In this document: positions 11,410 to 22,100 of the stretch, one piece after another
Layout: every line of letters starts with the position of its first letter
Numbering within the stretch: the stretch's first letter is position 1
Origin: Entomortierella parvispora E1425
Taxonomy: Eukaryota > Fungi > Mortierellomycota
Assembly: GCA_020891255.1 (NCBI GenBank)
Contig: BQFW01000015.1
Location: 682,001 to 746,000 of the forward strand
Length of the DNA stretch: 64,000 nucleotides
Direction: 5' to 3'
The notes under the pieces: model-generated
The model's database searches: none
What the model was told of the DNA's origin: nothing
Seen by the model: the letters and a program-made list of their open reading frames with translations, nothing else
Made by a program: the position numbers and the translations under genes

Positions 11410-12110
11410 AGGATCACGAAACGATTCCCGAGTGAGGGTTTCCGTGGTGACTTCCCAGGCCAGGAAACTTCTGCCTTTAAAAGCAGCCAGTACAGATACA
11501 CGAATCACCCGCGAGAAAGGAACTGGAGTGTTGACTGTGGAATAGGCATACGACTTCAATGACGTTTGTCCATCCTTGCTTGTCTCATCAATAAACACCA
11601 GCTGCTCTGGAAAGAGGTACAACTCCTTCATGTTTTGGTAAATTCACTCGACTTCATACGGGTTTGATTTGCGTGCTCGCTTCTGCAATTTTTTTTCTTG
11701 ATCTTTTCAAGTGCGGCAAATGGTGGAGACTGATGTATTCTGCAGATCTGGAAATTCACGCCTAAGTTCCTCTTGTAGCTCCTCAAGGAAGAAGCAAGGA
11801 TGGTGTTTGGTATATGACTCGACGAAAGTCAACACATCTGGTGGCCATCGAGAAGAGCTTTTGCGCGTATGTTCAATGTGAACGTTCCCTGTGTTATTGA
11901 ATGACCTGTCCATGTCAAAAAAAAAAAAAAAAAAAAAAAAAATAAGAAAAAAAACGCGAAGGCGACGCGACTCAACAACGCTGACTTACGAGACCATTTC
12001 GTGATCATGTGTTGCGAAATGCCTAGCAACACTGCCACAGCAGACCTGGGCAGGCCCATTATATTGTAGAGCTTAATGGCACACCAGCGAATATCGTCTG
12101 AAAAGGTCAT
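11410..12110 (-). mobile_element. truncated, degenerate IS630/Tc1-mariner transposase
   Basis: N-terminal HTH (MTFSDDIRWCAIKLYNIMGLPRSAVAVLLGIS), second HTH (FFLEELQEELRREFPDLQNTSVSTICR) and first catalytic Asp (QLVFIDETSKDG..KSYAYS..PFSR.IRVSVLAAF). It stops before the rest of the DDE triad and contains stops/frameshifts. Confidence 0.8.
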
Positions 12111-12688
12111 TGGGATGTGGGGTGATGTTTGAGAAGCAACACGCACGTTGCAGTTTAAATACAGCGGTCCGAATAGCAGTTTCTCATCTTTTTACCCTTT
12201 CTGGATGCGTAAAAAGTTCGCAAGTATACTAAAAATAAACGGATGCCAGGTAAAATACGAACATACCCATGCTTTTTCGAACCACACGCAGAAACTCCTT
12301 GTCAGTGCGGTTCCAAAACGCACCCTACGCTTTTCTGATTTTATTTATCCTGCGTCCATGTTCACGTGCCCCGTCTTGTCACGTGCGTTTAGCCCACCAA
12401 ATTTCTAAGTTAACCGGAGTGACTGTTCATTGATATATATTTTATCATCATGATATCTGCAAGTTTATTTTTTTTTAGGTGCAAAGCACAATAAATACGG
12501 TTGAAGTCATCTAAAGACAACACCACGTGATCATATCTACTGCGATCAATGAAACTGATCTCATTCGTAAAAATAAAGCTGAAAGATCACAAAAAATACA
12601 CCCCTTAAGTTTGAAGGTGCTCTGATGAACGCGCTCTGTGCGCGGACTTTTTCCTGCACCTTGCCCTCTTCACCGCCATTCCCGAACA

Positions 12689-15600
12689 ATGGAGGGAAAC
12701 GATTACGACACAATATTAGACGACGATCCCGGCGAGTCCTTCGTGGAACAACTTGAAGTCCTGGAATCGACGGACAATTCGGTATGTTTACTACGATGAC
12801 GGTCAACCCTCATTGACTCCACAGCTAGACAACAACAGACTTTGGAAATGCTTGGAATGCTAATGCCCTTCTTCATTTGCAGGTATCCATTACGTTTCAA
12901 GACGATGACGAATTCTTGAAACGAGCCCACGCATGCTTAAGACTTGAACCACAAGACCTCCCGCTTGAGCGTCAACTGATGCGCGTCTGTGATGAGCCCG
13001 AGCCTTTGCCTCGCAACGAAAAAATTGGCGGAACTTTAAAGGTCCTACAAGACGCGTACGGTCTTGTCGTTGATGATGGAGCAGAGAGTCTTGCGGGAAT
13101 AATTGCTGGCGTCTTGAACAAAGTACTGACAACAAACTTCAGGATAAGCATCGGGCACATGGAGGACACCAATAGCGAATTTTTGGACTTACCCCCTACA
13201 AGGCTACTACTACGACGCCTGGCCGAACTCCTCAATGTCGCCATTGTTATTCCATCCACACGGCTACACACCCAAGTTTACAAACCAACAGGACCGCCTT
13301 GTTTGTATGTCGGTATTTTGCACGTGGGCAACTCCTTCGAACAAGTCTCGACATACTCGCCTCTCTCCTGCTCTCTCGTTTCACAAAGTCTTCCCCGGCC
13401 GCTCCTTCGAAACCCGCCGCAAGATCAGCCACTGGATCTGTGTCGCCCCGGGCTTGCGGAATTTAGATCCTTCAAGAAGAAGAATCAGTCAAGGGATTTT
13501 CCGAAAAAAATTAAGATGGATGTGGCAATGCCAGCACTTACAGTCGAATGGTAAGCTCATTAATATTTATATCCAAATCGTTTTTGGTTTTTTTTTGTTT
13601 TGTTCTGAAATCGTCCTTACAATAACGACTCTTCAACTAGCCGCCACTTTTTGACAAACGAGATCGACATGCAAGTTAAAAAGGCGCTCAAAGTCAAGGG
13701 TGTCGATGACCAATCTCTGCGAACTAAATGCGACACCATGAAGTCTAAGGAACTACGCCGAGTCAGGACGCCTCAAACAGTCCTAGCCAAAACAACATCT
13801 GTCATAGAGCCCGCTCACGATATGGCCCCAGGCAGTTGGGATGCAGGTGATGTCGCCAAAAAAATGAAGAAGGAGAAAAACGACACCGCCGACAAAATGG
13901 AAGAGCAAGAAGACTGGGCTCCGCATCACGAATATCTCCAGACGGTTCGAGATAACTTTGATGAGATATGGCAAAAGGCCCTGATCAAGAACCGGTCACA
14001 GACGGACTCTGTGCCAAAGGAGAAGGAACATGAGGTCCAGCTGCGAACCATCTCCGTACCATTAGAGAAGGTTCTGCGAAAAGACTTTCAAGATGCCGAT
14101 AAAACGGCCATCAAAGAATTGCTGACTCAAAAACAGGAAGCAATGTCATCTCATATGGAGGAGCTCCAGTCGGCACTCGCCATGGCCCAACTAGAGGTTA
14201 GTGAACGAATGGACATGCACTGGTGGAGCATCATGAGCTGGCAATTGACCGTATGTGATCCTTTTATGGTTTGTAGGTGCTGCAAGGACGGTTTCATTCC
14301 GAGCAAGGCTCCACCAATGAATTCGATATTCGTCAAATTCTCCCTGAGGCTTTTAAAATCCGCGATACCGATCTCATGGAGAGTCCTTCTATCAAAGTCC
14401 CTCTGGTTGCAGACGATTTCCAGCTGAACGTAAAGAGATATTGTAACGAGGACGCTCGGAGGTCACCATTCGAAAGGGACAGCAAGGACCTGTTCAATCA
14501 CGATTGTATCGTGTATATCGCAGCACGGCTCGTACAAGAAGTCTCTGAAAAAGGCAAATCAAAAAAAAAACAGAAGCCTGGCAGTGATAACGAAGACTTT
14601 GGTTCAGATGGTAGCGACGCCGAAGTATCTGACCAAGATCCTGAGGAAGATGACCACGACGTGTGCGAATCTGGTCCAAGCAGTCTAACAAAGCCATCGT
14701 TATCGGCAGGCACCAAGCGCCAACGGCCTTCCACCAATGCCAACCAGTCCGCAAAAGCTTTGACGCACCCTGTTTGGAACGAATTGGCGGCTTTCGTCAG
14801 ACAAGCCTGGAGTGGAGATGATGAATTTGCCACGAATGCTGTATGTCCAAAAGGCATGTCTCAATCACGCCCAGAGGTCTTAAAGACAATTGCCACCAGC
14901 TACCATAACATTTGGAAGGCAAAGCTATATCTCGACCTCAAACGGGCGGTTGTCCGTTACTTGTTGCGACTTCATCTTCGACCGCTTGGGGAGCAGCGAT
15001 ATAGAGATCAGAAGAAGAGGTTCGCGGAAAACAAGGCGTCAGAGGCAGCCGAGAAATTGAAAAGTCCGTATGTGCGCAGAAAAGCCTACCGCTGGACAGC
15101 AAAGAAGGTGCTTGTTCAACTGGACGAGGCCATCAGCACCTGCAAGACGGCTTGGAATGGTAACATCTTGGAGTTGCGGGATCCTCTCGACTTGAAGGAT
15201 AGACAGTCCCGGATTGCTAGGGTCAGCAACGTCTTCCGACTGCTCAGAGATGTTGTTGACAAGACCAAAGCTGCAGATAAGGACATTGGTGATCTCAAGC
15301 TCAAACTTGACCGGGGCGGTAGCAATGATCAAAGTAGCAACAGCGAAGTAATTCCGACTTCGTACGACATCATAGAGTTGGCTCAGGAAGGGGATGACTT
15401 TGATGGCGAGCGTGATCTTCAGGAGGAAGACGACTTTGATGGCGAGTGTCAAGAGGAAGACGGCTTAGACCAGGCAGAGACGGAGTCGGCACCCGAACCG
15501 GAGGTCGTCAGAGGTAAGGCAAAAAAGTTTGGCTTTGAAATACATCACAAACTCAGATGTCGCCCTAACAATAACGACTTGTTTTGTAGATGCTTTGGAA

Positions 15601-18393
15601 CCAACAGGCAAACACCTTCGTGGGCTGGAGGCTGTCACCTGCCTCTTGCTTGACAAATCTGACTGCCCTTCTCATGTTACGCCGGCATTCGTTCGTGAAT
15701 ACCTCTTTGATGAGGAAATGTTCAACGATACTGAAGTCAGCACGGTCGTCCAAATTGTCAACCAACTGCGACCCTATACTCCAAAACGAGATGACGAAAA
15801 CAAGCTACATGAACATATCTCGTGTTGGGCCCTTTCTGCATGCTCGCCAATCACCTACTGCGCGCAATGGGCTTTTCCGACTTCACTCGTCGGTTGTTCC
15901 CAATTTCCTCATGTGGCAAATCTCACCCACTCCCACTGAACCCGAAAGGGATCTGCGAGGTATTGTGTGCAGAAGATCCAGGGCACTTCGACGTTAAGAG
16001 CAACGGCATGACAGTGTCATATGTGAACCGAGTGAAAAACAACGAGAAGACTATTCTCGGCGCATTTTTCGACTTGGACCTCATACACGACATCTGTGGG
16101 AAACGTCACCTTAAATTCGAAAACAGGTAAGGGCTATTCCGATTATTTTGTGCACTGGAATAAGGAATCTGAAATTGACAAAGCTCTACCACTCTCCTCC
16201 CAACTCTAGACTCCAGTATGTCAATCCCTGGACAGTGCAAATCCTTGCTTCCAAGACAACGAAAGACGCTGCGCCAGATTTGTGGTCGGAAAAAAAGAAG
16301 AAGCACATCAAGCCGCCGGCCAGCTCCAAACATCCCTCTCGCCAACAGGATCTCATATCGTCAGGTATCTCGGCAGCGAGGGCCAAAGAATTCGCTCAAA
16401 AGGTTGAGGAGACTCTGAAGGTGAAGACGAACGAGCTTCGACAACTTAACCGCACCGTGACGAAGCAGACAAAGCGCCAATGTCTTTTGAGTAACACCAT
16501 GTATGATCGTATGGCAACTCTGAAAACCATGGACGTGGATAACGAAGTTGTGGCCGATGCTGGTCGTGTCTCAGCTGAACAGGTGGAGATGGAAGTAGAT
16601 GAAGGCGTCTACGATAGTACTCCAGAACCGGTCACTGCAGAGTCTATCCAGCAAGCCTACCGCGATTTGGAGGAGCAACGCAAACTTGTTCAGAGCACTC
16701 GAGCACTTACAGTTCCACTGGTACTGGAAATCAAAAACCTCAAGGAAGAAAAATACGCACTGAACAAGTATTCGAGAGAGAAAGCAGATTCGACCACACC
16801 TTCGACGTCGTCGCCGCGTGCTAGATCAAAGGGGAGAAAAAGGTCTGCTACAAGGGTTGGATCCACATCCACTGATGGCACCAGCGCCAATGTCAATGTC
16901 AATGTCACCACTAGCGCTACGGAATCTCCAAAGTCGCCATACACATCGATGCCCTCTGGAGCACGGCCAGGGTCAATGGATTACATTGAAGCTACATGCA
17001 TCAGCAAACTCAGAGAGGATATTGCAGCGAACAATGAGAGGACGGGTACCCGCCAGATGACTCTGGTTCCTGGAGGAACGGACCCTGGTTCGAAGACTCT
17101 CTTCGAGACAGTAGTCATATCTGAATCAACTCTTATCAGCCTTCAGAACCGGTTCCATCTACTCTCGGATGAATCTGACAGCCCTCCAGAGGCTATCGCA
17201 GACCAGAATGTCTTTGAGGAGGCACTGAAAGTGAGCAGGAAAGGGGCGCTCGCCCAGATCAAAATTCCGGATACCCACAAAACGACCGTGGCAAAGATCC
17301 GCCATTTGTCAGGACTTACACAACAGGCAAAGACCAGAAAGAGCGCACTCGAGAGAAATCAACACATTGAGCCCCTGTTTTCTGAACTGGGTGAAAGTTC
17401 TCCTCACAAAGCAAGGACTGTCGCCGATTTTAAAAAGTCCGCCACGAACCGCCGAAAAGCCAGGGACAGACTCCGCGCCTTTGAGTACTCAAAAAGCATG
17501 ACCAGAAAGAAAAGAAATGTCGCACGACGGCTGAAACGGACGTATGACCACATGGCATCCAAAGAGCGACAAGCGTTCAAGAAACTGGGTCAGGGTAAGC
17601 CGACTAATGTTCAGACTACTACAGTGCTCCCTAGCACCAGTCGTACTAATCCAAGATCTTTGTTACTATGGGGTGTTCATTAGGCAATCAAGCGGCGACG
17701 GGTCAGGAAATCGCAACAGATCTGCCATCCACACCATCGTCATCGATATCACTTGCAGCAGCTCAGCGCAAGTCCAACGGCTTTTGTTCATCGTGCGGAA
17801 CCCACCATAGACCGGAGCTCGTTGCAGACCCGACTCATCCGACAGGAAAACGACTTGTCCTAAAACACCTGAGAAACTGTCCAAAATCTCTTCCAGTCGT
17901 CATTCCACTCTTTTTTCACGGGGCTGCCGGCATGGGGGTAGGCTCTAGACTGAAGGGCAACTGCAGGATGGGCGGGAACGAAATACCCCGCAGACACAAG
18001 AACCATGGGCCCGTGGGTAAAACAAATGAGCACAACTCTTCAAAAACCTGCCCATTTTGCTTCAGGCCAATTCGACTTGCACGAGGCCGGAGGATGAAGA
18101 AGGGAACAATGAAGCTCGTTCGCCTGAATGGCGCCGTGGAATGTACCAATCCTGAGTGTATTTCGCATCGTTGCGGCTATACGATCAGGGGCCGTGATCA
18201 AAATGCCGCCCTCAACATCGCCGTTGCCGGATACACCCAGCTTACCACTACCGAGAGGACCACACTCCCTCCATTCTCCACAACCACCAAGCGACTTTGG
18301 TCGCACCCCCTCACCAACACCGGATCAACAAGACCGGAAACACAACTTCCAAATCCATCCGGGCGATGCGACGACGAACTAAACGTGGTTTAG
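12689..18393 (+). CDS. Fanzor B: giant Fanzor (TnpB-family RuvC) nuclease, ~1,730 aa, 7 exons, with one apparent 1-nt deletion near 15820
   Basis: RuvC-I GGTDPG (17081-17083), PLFFHGAAG, KTNEHNSSKTCPFC (E at 18028-18030), CTNPEC, RGRDQNAALNIA (D at 18196-18198). Exons 12689-12781, 12883-13550, 13641-14196, 14277-15513, 15590-16126, 16210-17594, 17684-18393, all GT-AG and in frame. Colinear with Fanzor A. Confidence 0.88.
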
Positions 18394-18420
18394 ATTACGT
18401 AAGTATCATCAGGTCAAATC
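18270..18420 (+). ncRNA. candidate Fanzor omega-RNA overlapping the 3' end of Fanzor B
   Basis: Hairpins GCGAC/GTCGC (18291-18304), CCGG/CCGG (18320-18337), CATC/GATG (18356-18368) and CTAAAC/GTTTAG (18379-18393), each mirrored in Fanzor A. Confidence 0.55.
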
Positions 18421-19151
18421 GATGCTGTGTCATATCATTACTATTAGCCTGAGACTTAACCCGTCACTTACTTTGTTTACTTTGCATTTCTCTTGGTGAC
18501 AGACACCGTACTGCTCTGGCTATTTATCCACACTACAGGCAAACTTCCATTAATGAATAATTTCAAATATGAAGGTTAATCGACATTTTATCACGTGGTG
18601 AAAGCAGTCCAATCTTTATACAAGGCAGCGCGGTCCATGCCATTTCGCTTTTGTTTCGACGCGAAACAAATGCCACATCTACTTTCATATCTTTCCCTTC
18701 CCCCACTCTCTCTCTTTCACTCCTCCCACTCTCTCGTTTTCACTCCTACACTTTTACACTTTCCTTTCACTCTCTTGCTCTCTCTTTTATCTGCCCACCA
18801 ATCCTCAGACCACGACATCTGTCAGTTCCTTCCCCTACACATCGCAAACACACCAGTTCCTCCCATCCATAAAGCACCACGAACACAGTCCACAGCAACC
18901 AACCTTTGGTGGCCTTTGTTTATTCGAAACGTTCACCATCCATTGTCACCACAGCGCCGCCTTGGTTCACAAAGCACGAATTGCAGCAGACTCAACAAGG
19001 CTGCTTTATCCACACTCAACCGACCCCACTACAGTTGCCCTTGAAGTTAAACCCATCAAAGAGTGAGGTAAACCCAGTTGCCCTTCGAGATACAGTAGCA
19101 TCCAGCCAGGAATCTAACCTTGCTAGCACTCCTCTTGTAGATATCTCCGTC

Positions 19152-22100
19152 ATGGGTGTCGCCGGATTGTGGCCCTTGATCAAGGCCGCGGGGATTCATG
19201 TGGATCCAAAAACCATAACCATCAACAACCTGCACTACGACGTGATGGCTTGCCACTACAATGATTTTATCAATGCCACAGTTGAAAAAAAAGCCTGCGT
19301 TATACGTCCGACTCGTCCCAGCCAGGCGGGGGCCCTGGGACAGGGCTATCATCCTCTTCCGTACAACAGCCTGTTGTCTCCTCATCAACGGTCGCAACCG
19401 TTCCGGCTCATCAAGATATCAGAGATTTGGCGAAGAAGATCTTTGACGACACCTGGGCCCTATTTCCACTATGCCAGTCCATCTCGTTCCACCTGGATGG
19501 CGCGGACGGCTATACCAAGGAACAAGAGCACGCTCGTCGAGCCAAAACGCGGCAACAAGCACGTCACCGTGCCAAAGTTGAACTTGATACCCTACAGAGC
19601 AAGTTTGATGGAGGACGCTGGATCTCCAAAGCCCTTCCTGACAGAATATACCGAGATCTTCGCAAGGCCCATCGCCTCAGTGATGCCCAGAAGAAAGCTT
19701 TTGGTGATGCCATCAAAGAGTGCGACAAAGCGATGCAAACGGCTCATGCTGGCCCTCTCACTGCGTCTAGATCTGACGGTCCTCTTCCAACTGCCATCCC
19801 TGCGACCCGTGCGACCTATTTCTGCCAGTGTAGTACCGAGGCAGACACTTGCATTGCATTCAGCTGCCACCCCTCTGGCCCTACTCAGCAAGCCCCAGCC
19901 AGCCCGGCCAATGACCTCAGAGATGAAACTGTCGTCGTGACAAGAGACTCTGATTTGATCATGTATTCCGAAGTGCAAACTGTCTTTCGGCCGAACCCCA
20001 AAGGTTCCTTCTTTCTGCGTCAAGGAAGCGTTGGACTTTAGTGAGGATTTCCAGCTCATGACTCTGGCCATTGTCTGCAAGAACGACTATACGTCCAACT
20101 TTCCCGGGTTTGGAATCAAGAGAAACCGAAATGTCATCAGGGACTTTGACCCTGCGGTCGTCCAGGCACGGAAAGAGAGGGAGGCAGAAGAGCGGAGAAG
20201 GAAGGCTGCCCTGAAAAAGTCAACATCCAAGGGAAAGTCTTCAAGGAAAAGGACCAGAGAGGCCTCTCCTACTGAAGTGCCGGCAGGTACAAGCACGATG
20301 GCTTCCTCTCCCTCCTCCGTCATCTCGGTGGCTGTTACCACCCGAAAGCGAGAAGCATCCCGAAAGCGAAAGGCCTCCCCAGTGGATGAGCGTTGGCGAA
20401 CAATGACTCCACGTCAATATCTGAGCCATTACTGTGAGACGGTAACAGAAATTCTAAAGGACGAGCGTCGCGTTCTGCCGAGTCGATACGAGCGATCCCT
20501 TCTGGCTTTTGCTTTTCTCTGCACATCCCTGGCTGGGAAGAAGGACGACAAGGTTTTATTGAAAGCTGGAAGGAACATACGTCAATATGAGCCACGCACC
20601 ATCGAAGAAGGGGACGAAGAACAAGAAGAGATTGGTCCAGATCAATTGGGACCTCCTGTCGAGATCGATGAGCCAAAGCTGTTCCAGGATCTCTATAACC
20701 GATATGTCCAGGAGATGGGGAGAAGCAGAGTCCTTCCTGCAAACCCAGTGTCGGTCTCGACGTAAGTGCTTTGGTAGTTTGAAAAATGTGTATAAGAGTG
20801 CTAAGTTGACAACATTACTCATATAATGTGCTCAATGTCAATTTCTATAGTCTTAAGACATATAACTGCAGCTATCGCAATCATGGGCGCAGTCGTTGGC
20901 GTAACCCCTACGAACACATCTTTCCTCGCGTTGATTCCAATGGCAATGCCTCCTTTCTTGCTGGTCTCGAAGTCGCAGACATTGGGAACTGCAAAGAAAG
21001 GCCTGCTGGACCACGCCAAAAACAAAGTGGTCACAAGGGTCAAGGTATGGTCAAAAAAAACATGGCCAAACGTCGCAAACGCAAGACCAAGGCTGATGCT
21101 GGAACGGGCCGGGTGAAGATCTACCAGCAAAAGGCAGAGATTGACCCTACAAAGCCGGCCAAGGAGTCTAATGTCACTGCAGAAACAACAAAGCGCCGTC
21201 AAACGGTCAAGGATTTTGTCACCATTACCATCACGGCCGGATCCCTGCTTGGTAACATCCAGCAGTGTCTATCTGGTGCCGAGGCGATTGCAGTCAACAA
21301 ACGCATTCAAGATTGCGTGGCCACAAAACTCAGACTGGAAAACGATCTGTACGACATCTATACTGTCTGCATTGACAAGTTCCGCCAGAGAACTACAGCG
21401 GCTGCTGTTCTATCCTCTCTTGTTGGTCCATCTCTTGCTGGTCCGTCCTCCGCTGGTCCCCCTTCCGCTGGCCCACCTTCCACTCCCCTGTCAGCATTGC
21501 AGGGCACCGACGGTCTCCCAGATGACTTTTTCGAACAAATTGTCGGCCCTCGCGCCAATACAATTGCATGACTTTTTCGAACAAATTGTCGGCCCTCGCG
21601 CCAATACAATTGCATTTGGCCTGACACCCTTTCTCTTCAACGGCACCAGAACTCAGAGGGCGAGGAGCCCTGAGGCTGCTGCTGTTGCCAAAATGTTTGC
21701 TATATACAAAGAGTCTCTGCCTAGCCCTTTTTGAGCTATAAGGAGAGAGGCTGGCAGACGTTTGACACGAATGCAGGACAGTCTTCGGCTGTACAAGTCG
21801 TCAAGAACATCAAACACCATTATCGGACAGCAAAAGTAGGTATTTTGACGATAATCTATGAACAAGGCACAGGTGAACTAACATTGTGTACTGTCTATCA
21901 AATTAGATCAACCATGAGGTCTGGCCAAAGTCCACCAAGAACGACTACATCGCGTGGTTTTTTCAGCACAATAATGGTCAATTTGCTGACTATGTTCAAG
22001 GCAAAATTGCGTCGCAGTTTACACGGGTTGATAGCGCCGACCTTTTTCGGTTTCTGGCTGCAAAACCGCCTGGACCAAATACCGCAGAAGACCCTATTCC

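Noticed and set aside
12160-12180. TA-CAGCGGTCCG as a Tc1-like terminal inverted repeat
   Set aside because: It faces away from the transposase, and I found no inverted partner anywhere in the window.
18906-19151. Upstream extension of Fanzor C from the ORF-track start at 18906
   Set aside because: That start is non-ATG, and MGVAGLW at 19152 is the canonical XPG-family N-terminus.
19285-19341. Programmed -1 ribosomal frameshift (A AAA AAA plus a GTCCCAG/CTGGGAC stem)
   Set aside because: The shift direction fits, but the stem starts ~22 nt downstream (canonical spacing is about 5-9 nt) and the gene has three other lesions. An indel is the simpler explanation.
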